A stretch of DNA of 64,000 nt from Sphingomonadales bacterium (GTDB taxonomy: Bacteria > Bacteroidota > Bacteroidia > Flavobacteriales_D > Crocinitomicaceae), in the NCBI GenBank assembly GCA_016872115.1, contig VHBC01000008.1:15430-79429 (forward strand). The letters are read 5' to 3'. The notes beneath the pieces are model-generated. The model was not told where the DNA came from. It ran no database searches and worked only from the letters and a program-made list of their open reading frames with translations. Both the position numbers and the translations under genes were made by a program. Below are positions 1-8,370 of the stretch, one piece after another (the first letter of the stretch is position 1; each line of letters opens with the position of its first letter).

Positions 1-41
1 AAAATTGCACATTTTGACACAAAAATCAGGCCCATTTTACG

Positions 42-49
42 TATATTTG
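42..49 (+). promoter_or_regulatory. Bacteroidota-type -7 promoter box (TATATTTG) for the E1 dehydrogenase gene
   Basis: Exact TAnnTTTG match, 17 nt upstream of ATG 67. Confidence 0.4.
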
Positions 50-66
50 TGTGCAATCAACTTAAA

Positions 67-2511
67 ATGGCCAAAGAAAAAGCGTCTCCAAACACTGAAG
101 CCCTTGACTTCAATAGTTTCAAGCAACAAGTTTTACAAGACTACCAACTCGCTTGCGAATCCAGAGAGGCCTCCTTGTTAGGTCGCAAAGAAGTCCTTAC
201 CGGAAAAGCTAAATTTGGCATTTTTGGAGATGGAAAAGAACTCGCTCAGATTGCTTTAGCCAAACAATTTCAAAACGGCGACTTCCGCTCTGGTTATTAC
301 CGAGATCAAACCCTAATGATGGCCATTTCTGCACTTACTTTAGAACAGTATTTTGCAGGTCTCTATGCACATACAGATGAAATCGTTGAGCCACAATCTG
401 CCGGCAGACAGATGGGAGGTCATTACGCCACACGCAACCTCGACGCCAATGGCCAATGGAAAAACCTCATGGCCCAAAAAAATAGCTCATCTGACATTTC
501 GCCAACAGGCGGACAAATGCCGCGTTTACTCGGTTTGGCACAAGCTTCCAAAATTTACCGCGAGCACCCTACCCTTAAAGACCTCAAAACATTTAAAAAA
601 TTTAGTAACGGCGGCAACGAAGTTGCATTTGGCACCATTGGCGACGCCTCTACATCTGAAGGCCCTTTCTGGGAAACCATGAACGCTGCTGGTGTCCTCC
701 AAGTGCCACTCGTGATGTCCGTATGGGACGATGGCTATGGCATTTCGGTACCACGCGAACTCCAAACCACCAAAGGCAGTATCTCTGATGCACTTGCAGG
801 TTTTCAGCGCACTGCCGAGCAAAAAGGTTTTGAAATATTAGTCACTAAGGGATGGAACTACGCTCATTTATGCGAAACCTTCGAGAAAGCGGTTCATATT
901 GCGCGCAACGAACACGTTCCGGTACTTGTTCATGTCAATGAAGTCAACCAACCTCAAGGACATTCTACTTCAGGCTCACATGAACGTTATAAATCTGAGG
1001 AACGTCTTCAATGGGAAAGTGAATTCGACTGCATCGCTAAATTCAAAGAGTGGATTTTGTCTTTTGCACAAAAAGGATTTGTATTGGCTACCGAAGAGCA
1101 ACTCGATGCCCTTGCTAATGAGGCCAAAGAACGTGTTAAAAATGCCAAAAACAGTGCTTGGCAAACTTTTACCCAAGACATTCAACATGATAAATCAGCT
1201 TTGCTAGATATCTTAGCTAGTTTTGATGCAAATCACCCACTTTACACGCTGACGCAAGCAGCCCATCAACAACTTGCCAAAGAAAAAGACAGCATTCGTC
1301 GAGATCTGATGAGTGCCGCACGCAGTATTTTACGTGCTAACCTTCAAGACCAATCCGCCCAACGTGCTGCATTAAGCGGCTGGGTAACACAATTACAGCA
1401 AAAAGCGCAAGATCGTTATAGCTCTTATTTGTTTTCGAATTCAGCAGAACAAATTGCACACGTTACAAAAGTACCTGCTGAATACGGCAACGACAACCAA
1501 ATGGAAGACGGGCGCATCATTTTGCGTGAAAATTACCGCAAAATCCTAGAAACACGTCCAGAAGTTCTTATCTATGGCGAAGATGCCGGTAAAATTGGTG
1601 GTGTTAACCAAAGTTTAGAAGGCTTACAAGAGCAGTTTGGTAACTTGCGGGTTTCTGATACCGGCATACGCGAATGCACCATCATTGGACAAGGAATCGG
1701 AATGGCCATGCGTGGTTTGCGCCCTATTGCCGAAATTCAATACTTAGATTATTTGCTTTACGGTATTCAAATTATGTCCGATGACCTCGCTACGGTTCAA
1801 TACAGAACAAAAGGCGGGCAAAAAGCCCCATTAATCGTTTCCACCAGAGGACATCGTTTAGAGGGTATTTGGCACAGCGGTTCACCAATGGGCATGATCA
1901 TCAATGCACTTAGAGGCGTACATGTGTGCGTGCCGCGCAACATGACAAAAGCTGCAGCCTTTTACAATACTTTACTGCAGGCCGACGAACCCGCATTAGT
2001 CATTGAACCACTGAATGGTTATCGTAGTAAGGAACGTATGCCATTGAATTTTGGTGCATTTACCGAACCACTAGGCATACCCGAAATTGTCAAAGAAGGT
2101 ACCGACCTAACCATGGTATCCTATGGCTCGACATTTAATATTTGTGAGCAAGCCGTTGCACAATTAAGTGAACTTGGCATCTCTGTAGAACTCATCGACG
2201 CCCAAACGCTTTTACCTTTCGACACCGAGCACCTCATTTCTAAATCCTTGGCAAAGACCAATGCCCTACTTATCATAGACGAAGACGTCAGCAGTGGCGC
2301 AAGTGCCTTTATACTCGACCAAATCCTTGTGAAGCAAAATGGCTACCAACACCTTGACCTCGCTCCTCAAACCATGGCAGCCAAAGACCACCGCCCAGCC
2401 TACGGATCAGATGGTGACTACTTTAGCAAACCAAGTCTCGACGACATCATCGAAAAAGTCCTCGACATGATGCATGAGCTCGACCCGAATGCCTTCCCTA
2501 AAGTTTTTTAG
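67..2511 (+). CDS. 2-oxoacid (branched-chain alpha-keto acid type) dehydrogenase E1 component, fused alpha/beta subunits
   Basis: ORF 49..2511. The N-terminal half has the TPP-binding E1-alpha motif GDASTSEGPFWETMNAAG...VWDDGYGIS. The C-terminal half is E1-beta/transketolase-like (GEDAGKIGGVNQ...). Start set to ATG 67 (MAKEK) because GTG 49 lies inside the promoter box. Confidence 0.85.
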   Translation: MAKEKASPNTEALDFNSFKQQVLQDYQLACESREASLLGRKEVLTGKAKFGIFGDGKELAQIALAKQFQNGDFRSGYYRDQTLMMAISALTLEQYFAGLYAHTDEIVEPQSAGRQMGGHYATRNLDANGQWKNLMAQKNSSSDISPTGGQMPRLLGLAQASKIYREHPTLKDLKTFKKFSNGGNEVAFGTIGDASTSEGPFWETMNAAGVLQVPLVMSVWDDGYGISVPRELQTTKGSISDALAGFQRTAEQKGFEILVTKGWNYAHLCETFEKAVHIARNEHVPVLVHVNEVNQPQGHSTSGSHERYKSEERLQWESEFDCIAKFKEWILSFAQKGFVLATEEQLDALANEAKERVKNAKNSAWQTFTQDIQHDKSALLDILASFDANHPLYTLTQAAHQQLAKEKDSIRRDLMSAARSILRANLQDQSAQRAALSGWVTQLQQKAQDRYSSYLFSNSAEQIAHVTKVPAEYGNDNQMEDGRIILRENYRKILETRPEVLIYGEDAGKIGGVNQSLEGLQEQFGNLRVSDTGIRECTIIGQGIGMAMRGLRPIAEIQYLDYLLYGIQIMSDDLATVQYRTKGGQKAPLIVSTRGHRLEGIWHSGSPMGMIINALRGVHVCVPRNMTKAAAFYNTLLQADEPALVIEPLNGYRSKERMPLNFGAFTEPLGIPEIVKEGTDLTMVSYGSTFNICEQAVAQLSELGISVELIDAQTLLPFDTEHLISKSLAKTNALLIIDEDVSSGASAFILDQILVKQNGYQHLDLAPQTMAAKDHRPAYGSDGDYFSKPSLDDIIEKVLDMMHELDPNAFPKVF

Positions 2512-2541
2512 ATTGCGCATTCAAATTATTTCAAAAAAAAA

Positions 2542-2559
2542 GGGAGGCTTTTGCCTCCC
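2542..2559 (-). terminator. Rho-independent terminator between the convergent E1 and rhodopsin genes
   Basis: GGGAGGC-tttt-GCCTCCC hairpin. The A9 run at 2533-2541 gives a U tract on the minus strand, so it is canonical for the rhodopsin gene and weaker for the plus strand. Confidence 0.8.
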
Positions 2560-2587
2560 TTCCAGTTTGCATAGAGTTGCTAATCCT

Positions 2588-3337
2588 TTATGCCTTTGAA
2601 TCTGATTTAGCCAACGCATAGATGACCAAACCAAAACCAATTTTGTTAACGGCATCACCGATGTTGTAAACAACGTCCATCCAAGGATTCGGATCTGAAC
2701 TACCGAACGCACCAAATAAACCACCTGGTGTTCCGATGATGTAGCCTAGTGGGTAAATTGCCCAACCTACAAGAACGAACCAAGCAAGGACACGCGTTGC
2801 TTTAGCCACTGCAGGACCTGCTGATTCAGCAAGCTGAGCAACTTCGCCCATCCAAACGAGGTAAGCAATGTAGAAATAAGCAGCTCCTGAAAGCACACCC
2901 CACATCACGCTATTACCACGATCAACAGCTTCACCAAAGTAACCAGTTACGAGCATTACGACAGATGCGAAAATGAGTTTCCATAAGAGGCTGGTTTTGG
3001 CACCTGCCTTTTTGGTAATTAAATAGAATTCTACACACATGAGTGGAACTGTAAGCATCCAGTCTACGTAACGGAAAAACGTTGGTGATGTAGAGGTTGC
3101 TGTGAAGTAATCACGCATGTAATAATAATGGACCGCGGCGATGAAGGTTATGAGGCCAGAAACTAAAATGGAGGTTCTCCATTTCTCTTCCATGTTGCGC
3201 ATTTCCAAAAAGAAAAATGCCGCCGCAGCCATCATGGCCATCGTTCCGATGAAAAAGGTGAACGCAGTGTAAGTATACACATCACCTTTTTCAAATAACG
3301 CTTGCACATTGAGTGCATTAGATAAAGAAATTAACAT
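2588..3337 (-). CDS. Proteorhodopsin (light-driven proton pump, green-tuned type)
   Basis: 249 aa, 7 TM. Helix C FRYVDWMLTVPLMCVEFY gives the D-T-E triad. His in AAVHYYYM is the PR His75 equivalent. The Schiff-base Lys is in GDAVNKIGFG. Met occupies the PR-105 tuning position. Confidence 0.9.
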   Translation of the reverse strand: MLISLSNALNVQALFEKGDVYTYTAFTFFIGTMAMMAAAAFFFLEMRNMEEKWRTSILVSGLITFIAAVHYYYMRDYFTATSTSPTFFRYVDWMLTVPLMCVEFYLITKKAGAKTSLLWKLIFASVVMLVTGYFGEAVDRGNSVMWGVLSGAAYFYIAYLVWMGEVAQLAESAGPAVAKATRVLAWFVLVGWAIYPLGYIIGTPGGLFGAFGSSDPNPWMDVVYNIGDAVNKIGFGLVIYALAKSDSKA

Positions 3338-3411
3338 AATAGATAGGTTTAGTTTTTCCTACTCTGTTTAAGGCTTTTCGGATACCGCCAGTAATAATTG
3401 AAAAACAATGA

Positions 3412-3428
3412 TAAACAATTATTGTTTA
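3412..3428. promoter_or_regulatory. 17-nt perfect palindrome upstream of the proteorhodopsin gene (candidate operator)
   Basis: TAAACAATTATTGTTTA lies 75-91 nt upstream of the start codon at 3337. An extra AAACAAT copy is at 3403-3409. Confidence 0.3.
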
Positions 3429-3506
3429 AAAAGCGCCGAAAAATAGTCAACAAAAGAAAAAAAACCTAAATATTTATTGTCAATATCTTATAAAAACCTA
3501 GTTACA

Positions 3507-5297
3507 TCAACGGATAGAGAGCACAAAGGGAAGTCGCATTTGCAGACCTTTCATTTTTTTTATTTGTGTAAATTTTTGATAAAACAGCAATAAATCTACT
3601 GGTAAATTGCCCTGCATTTGTGTTTTTTCTGTTTCAAGTTCTTCATCCAAAAGTGCAACCAAAGTATTAAAAGTGTTGTCTTCTTTCTTTGGATAAAATA
3701 CAACTGCCTTGGTTCCAACTTCTTTCTGCAGCGATTTTATTGTGGCATTCAAGCCCCCTAATGCATCGACAAGTTTGCATTTTAATGCTGAGGCACCCGA
3801 CCAAACGCGTCCGCGTGCTACGTTTTGAACAGCTCTTTTCGAAAGATGACGACCTTCAGATACACGCAATAAAAATTGCTGATATATGGCATCGACCTCG
3901 GTCTGCATCATCGCAAATTCTTCGACATTGAGTTTTTGGGTGAGTGATATATCACCGAAACGATGTGTTCGAACTTCGTCTGTAGTTATGCCGAGTTTTT
4001 CACTCAAAAAATCTCCAGCATAAGGCAAGAGCCCAAAAACACCTATAGAGCCTGTAATAGTCATGGGTGAAGCAAAAACGCGGGCAGCTGGCATAGCGAT
4101 GTAATACCCCCCAGAAGCGGCATAGTCACCCATGGACACATATAGTTTCTTTTTGGCAGCAGTCAAGGCCACTTCTTTCCAAATTTCCTCGCTGGCCAAA
4201 GCCGAACCGCCAGGGCTATTGATTCGAAGCACGACACCCTTGACATCTTCGTCGTCTCGGACTTGCCTGAGCATTTTAGCCATACGCGCTGTACTGATCT
4301 GCTCGCCGTCAGTTTCGACATCGCCTTCCGCAAGAATAACGGCGATATGAGGATCTTGCTTGGCTAATAACTGGTGGTCCTGATAAGTATCGCGGGCGTA
4401 TTTTGCAAAAGCTTGTAAGCGAAGTGGTGTGTTTTCATCGATGCCAACCTTCTTTTTGAGGAAGGCTAACACTTCGTGTTTATATAAGTTTTTGTCGATG
4501 AGTTTCTCGCGCTGCGCTTGCGTCAGGTTGCGCACCGCTAAGGCATTTGCCAATGAATCGAGCCGTGTTGTATCTTGACGCGTGCTTAGGGCAATTTCAT
4601 TGCGGGCTTGCGACCATAAATCTTGCAACAAAACCTGCATTTGCTTGCGACTTGAGTCAGACATTTCTGTGCGATAAAATGGTTCTACGGCACTTTTGAA
4701 TTCATTCTCTTGGCCACGGACAACCAAAACACCAACTTTCAACTCATCGAGTAACTTTTTAAAAAAATAACTTTCTGCATGCAAACCATTCCACAAAAAA
4801 GTGGCTCCGTGCATCCCGTAGACAGCACCACACACACTACTCACATAATAATCTTGTTGACTAATTTGTTCGCCCGTAAGGTAAGCTACAACAAATTTAC
4901 CCGCCTTCTGAAATGTTTGCAACGCAAAACGCAGTTCGGAGGCCGTTGCCATTCCCATAGAAGGGCTTTTCATCTCCAAAAATATGCCTTTGATTTTCGG
5001 GTCTTTTGCTGCCTCTTCTAATCCGATCAAGATTTCGGGTAAGCCGATGGTGCGCTTAAGTTGAAAAGTAGTAGGGTCAAAAGCTTCTTCTGAAACATCT
5101 TGTATGCTACCAGATAGTTTCATGTGTAGGACGGTCTTGTCTTGAAGTGCTAATGGCGCTGGACCGAAATCACCAAAAGAACCGATGATACCACCAAGAA
5201 TAAGGAAGAAAAAAACCATACCGACCAAACCTGCTACAAAAACGGCAAGAAAGCTTGGCCAAAATAGTTTACCAAAGGAAAGGCGATTTTCAGACAT
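3507..5297 (-). CDS. sppA: Signal peptide peptidase SppA, 67K type
   Basis: 596 aa with an N-terminal TM anchor and duplicated SppA halves. Catalytic-Ser region GDYAASGGYYIAM. 1-nt gap to the upstream peptidase gene. Confidence 0.85.
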   Translation of the reverse strand: MSENRLSFGKLFWPSFLAVFVAGLVGMVFFFLILGGIIGSFGDFGPAPLALQDKTVLHMKLSGSIQDVSEEAFDPTTFQLKRTIGLPEILIGLEEAAKDPKIKGIFLEMKSPSMGMATASELRFALQTFQKAGKFVVAYLTGEQISQQDYYVSSVCGAVYGMHGATFLWNGLHAESYFFKKLLDELKVGVLVVRGQENEFKSAVEPFYRTEMSDSSRKQMQVLLQDLWSQARNEIALSTRQDTTRLDSLANALAVRNLTQAQREKLIDKNLYKHEVLAFLKKKVGIDENTPLRLQAFAKYARDTYQDHQLLAKQDPHIAVILAEGDVETDGEQISTARMAKMLRQVRDDEDVKGVVLRINSPGGSALASEEIWKEVALTAAKKKLYVSMGDYAASGGYYIAMPAARVFASPMTITGSIGVFGLLPYAGDFLSEKLGITTDEVRTHRFGDISLTQKLNVEEFAMMQTEVDAIYQQFLLRVSEGRHLSKRAVQNVARGRVWSGASALKCKLVDALGGLNATIKSLQKEVGTKAVVFYPKKEDNTFNTLVALLDEELETEKTQMQGNLPVDLLLFYQKFTQIKKMKGLQMRLPFVLSIR

Positions 5298-5298
5298 A

Positions 5299-8271
5299 TT
5301 AAGAATTTAGTAATGCATGTAAGCTCAGTCGATTAACCGGGTTAATGCGCAAAGTGAAACGAATATTTTGCGCATAATTTGTGAATAGTTCACCAGTATA
5401 ATTGTTGCCACCATAAACAAGAGGAAAATACACACCAAAAACTTTTCCAAAGCGAAGGGCAACTCCTGCATTGTAATAGCTGTCCACGGTCTGAGAAGCA
5501 CCAGCATCGCGCGCTAAACCGAAGTCAGCAAATATACCCAAAATATTTGGCTTCACAGGCAATTGCGCATATACTGTTGCAGTACTTAGCCAATTAATAT
5601 TACTTCCGGCTGAGTTGCCCGTATGAAATTGACCATGGCGATCCATGCGTTGTTGCGACCAAAAACCACTCACGTCAGAACGACCAAAGTTGTAATCTTC
5701 CAAGAATAAATCTTGCTGGCCTTGTAAACCGTTCATTGACCAGAAAAAGCGATCACCACTTAGGATGGAAATTTGATCATTGAGGGTATAGCCTCCAAAA
5801 AGGTTCAATATAACATTTCGATCCATTTTACCTACACGAAAGGCAAAAGTTTGATTGAGGTTGGTCCAAATTCTGGAGATAAACTCGTCACCAGTTTTAA
5901 AATATTCATATCGATTTATCCACTGCGCTTTATAAGCTGGTTTTCGGTAATTAGTAGTAAGTTGAACAAATGCCCCTTGATCGTTGTGTGACAAATTTCC
6001 ACCAAGGGCATTTCTTTTATGAATTCCTTGAAGGAGAAGGTCGTGATGAAACGCATGTCGTGCTTTACCATCACCGAAATTGATACTGAAATAAGGTGAA
6101 AAAGCAATAAAGTAGTTGTCTTTTACGTCGCGTTGGGTTCCGAAAGATTTGACAGACAAACCCAAACGCATGAGTTCGATAGTTTTGGTTGGTAAAATTT
6201 GGTAAGAGAATTCTGCGATACCTGCAGGGCGCAAGCGCGAGGTGCTCAACATTGGGCTCACCAAGTAAGTAAATTTCTTTGGTGCCAAACCAATATTGTG
6301 CAGTGTAATACCGGCCATGAGGCCGTCGTAGGCGTTACCGCCGAGCATAGGTGTCCAGAAGACAGCTGTTTGGTCTTTTTGGTGGTCGCCAAGTAAGAAC
6401 TCAAATTTGATTGGCTCTAAGTTGTGGAAAGTTTGGTCCTTGACCCAAAGATTGTTTTGACGATTGAGTTCAGGAATGTCATTGTAGCGATCGATTTCAA
6501 CTTTTGAAATGGAAGCATAGGGTGTTTGTGCTGTGAGCGTGTACTGACCTGGCTCGGCCCAGACCGTTTCAACTTTGTTGTCGGGGCCATATATGTTAAC
6601 CTCGACCGGGCCATCGACTTGCCCCTTATTGGCCAACTTAATAACCGTTCCAGTTTTAGCAATCTGAACGCTTTTCAATTTATAATCTATGTAATCTGTG
6701 GTTTGAATGAGGTCTTCGAACAACCAACTTAAATTTTTGCCAGTTTCGGCTTCCAAAACCTTGCGTAAATCGGCAGGTTGCGGATGTTTAAATTTCCATT
6801 GCTGATAATAGGCAGACATTGCTGCATCAAACTTTTCTGCTCCGAGGTAATCCATCAGATAGAAAAAGATAACCCCTGTCTTTTGGTACATAATAGCGCC
6901 ATAATTGAAACTAGAGAAATCATCTGAGTGTGTTTCCAAAGGTTGGTCAAGTCCTAAACTCGCCAATGAACGGTACATGATGTCGCCAGAATCGTGGTGA
7001 TCGAGGTCATTGAGGTGGAAACGCCCACCGCCAACCATATCTGAAAAGAGCGTGTTGTCTGGGTATTTGGTTTGCACATAACGCATTTCATTAAGCGTAT
7101 TGAGCCCTTCATCCATCCAGCCGTGCACGCGCTCGTTGGAGCCCAAAATACCATAAAACCAGTTGTGTCCAACCTCATGTACAATGACAACCTCAAGCGC
7201 TTCTTGGTTACTTGAGTTGCCAATAACGGTGATCATGGGGTATTCCATGCCACCGCCAGCGCTGATGGTGCCGTCTATGGCGGTCACGTGTTTGTAAGGG
7301 TAATCGCCATTCCATAAAGAATAATAATAAGTGCCATCATGGAGGTATTCAAGTGCATTCGCCCATAACTTGGCATTTTGAGGTGTAAACATAGCCCACG
7401 TTGTGACCGTGTCTTTGGAATGCGGCAGTACAACCTCACCTTGTAAGACTAAAAAGCGTTTGTCGGCAAACCAAGCGAAGTCGTGGACCCGATCTTGTTT
7501 GTATTGAATAGTTTTCCAAGTGCTCGCAGATTCGGGAAAGTTTTTAGAGCGGTCTGTCTCTTCTTTGAGTAATTTCTCTAGTTTTTTCTTGCTTTCTGCT
7601 ACTTTCGTTTGCAAAAATGCGACTTCGCTCTCTGTTTGGAGCTCTCCGGTTGCTCCAACCACATAGTTTGAAGGTAAGGTAATCTTGACATCAAAACTGC
7701 CAAATTCCGAATAAAACTCACCTTGATTAAGGTAAGGCATGGCATTCCAACCATTTTGATCATAGACCGCAGGTTTGGGGTACCATTGCGTAATTTGATA
7801 AGATTGGCCGATATGACCCAAGCGAGAAAGACTGCCGGATGGAATCTTGACTTTGAAAGGCGTAGAAATCTGAATTTGTTGCCCAGGTGCTAGTGGGTTT
7901 ACTAAATACAACACAACTATATCGATATGCTCAGGATCATATTCCCATTTTACTTGATTACCATTGACTTTGAAATCAAGGGAATCGATGAAACCGAGGT
8001 CTTTGGCTTCGGCTTTGGCAATTTTGTTGCCATCATTGCGCTTGAGCTGCTGGGCGAGTGCCGTCTCTTTATTTTTGTAGGCATTGGGCCAAACGTGCAT
8101 GTAGATGACGTCCAGTGTTTGGGGAGAATTATTCTTGTAGGTAAAAGATTCAAAACCACTTAATGTATGATTTTTATCATCGAGTTTGACCTCTATTTGA
8201 TAGCTGACATCTTGCTGAAAATACTGACTAAGTGCGCAGAAAGGCAGAAAGAGAAGGATTAATTTTTTCAT
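5299..8271 (-). CDS. Secreted M1-family (gluzincin) metallopeptidase with a long C-terminal extension
   Basis: 990 aa. Signal peptide MKKLILLFLPFCALSQ. HEVGH-X18-E zinc motif (VIVHEVGHNWFYG...WMDEGLNT). About 400 C-terminal residues have no motif I recognise. Confidence 0.75.
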   Translation of the reverse strand: MKKLILLFLPFCALSQYFQQDVSYQIEVKLDDKNHTLSGFESFTYKNNSPQTLDVIYMHVWPNAYKNKETALAQQLKRNDGNKIAKAEAKDLGFIDSLDFKVNGNQVKWEYDPEHIDIVVLYLVNPLAPGQQIQISTPFKVKIPSGSLSRLGHIGQSYQITQWYPKPAVYDQNGWNAMPYLNQGEFYSEFGSFDVKITLPSNYVVGATGELQTESEVAFLQTKVAESKKKLEKLLKEETDRSKNFPESASTWKTIQYKQDRVHDFAWFADKRFLVLQGEVVLPHSKDTVTTWAMFTPQNAKLWANALEYLHDGTYYYSLWNGDYPYKHVTAIDGTISAGGGMEYPMITVIGNSSNQEALEVVIVHEVGHNWFYGILGSNERVHGWMDEGLNTLNEMRYVQTKYPDNTLFSDMVGGGRFHLNDLDHHDSGDIMYRSLASLGLDQPLETHSDDFSSFNYGAIMYQKTGVIFFYLMDYLGAEKFDAAMSAYYQQWKFKHPQPADLRKVLEAETGKNLSWLFEDLIQTTDYIDYKLKSVQIAKTGTVIKLANKGQVDGPVEVNIYGPDNKVETVWAEPGQYTLTAQTPYASISKVEIDRYNDIPELNRQNNLWVKDQTFHNLEPIKFEFLLGDHQKDQTAVFWTPMLGGNAYDGLMAGITLHNIGLAPKKFTYLVSPMLSTSRLRPAGIAEFSYQILPTKTIELMRLGLSVKSFGTQRDVKDNYFIAFSPYFSINFGDGKARHAFHHDLLLQGIHKRNALGGNLSHNDQGAFVQLTTNYRKPAYKAQWINRYEYFKTGDEFISRIWTNLNQTFAFRVGKMDRNVILNLFGGYTLNDQISILSGDRFFWSMNGLQGQQDLFLEDYNFGRSDVSGFWSQQRMDRHGQFHTGNSAGSNINWLSTATVYAQLPVKPNILGIFADFGLARDAGASQTVDSYYNAGVALRFGKVFGVYFPLVYGGNNYTGELFTNYAQNIRFTLRINPVNRLSLHALLNS

Positions 8272-8314
8272 TGGGCGTATTTGAATTAAAAGTACAAAGA
8301 ATTAGGCACAAAAA

Positions 8315-8332
8315 AGCCACCCGAAGGTGGCT
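8315..8332 (-). terminator. Rho-independent terminator after the 893-aa T9SS protein gene
   Basis: AGCCACC-cgaa-GGTGGCT hairpin. The A run at 8311-8315 gives a U tract on the minus strand. Confidence 0.7.
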
Positions 8333-8370
8333 TTTGACTATTGACGCATCACGTCGAAAAAAGTTACAAG

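Noticed and set aside
49-66. GTG start at 49 for the E1 dehydrogenase ORF
   Set aside because: The GTG overlaps the last base of the TATATTTG promoter box. ATG 67 (MAKEK...) lies 17 nt downstream of the box and is the more plausible start.
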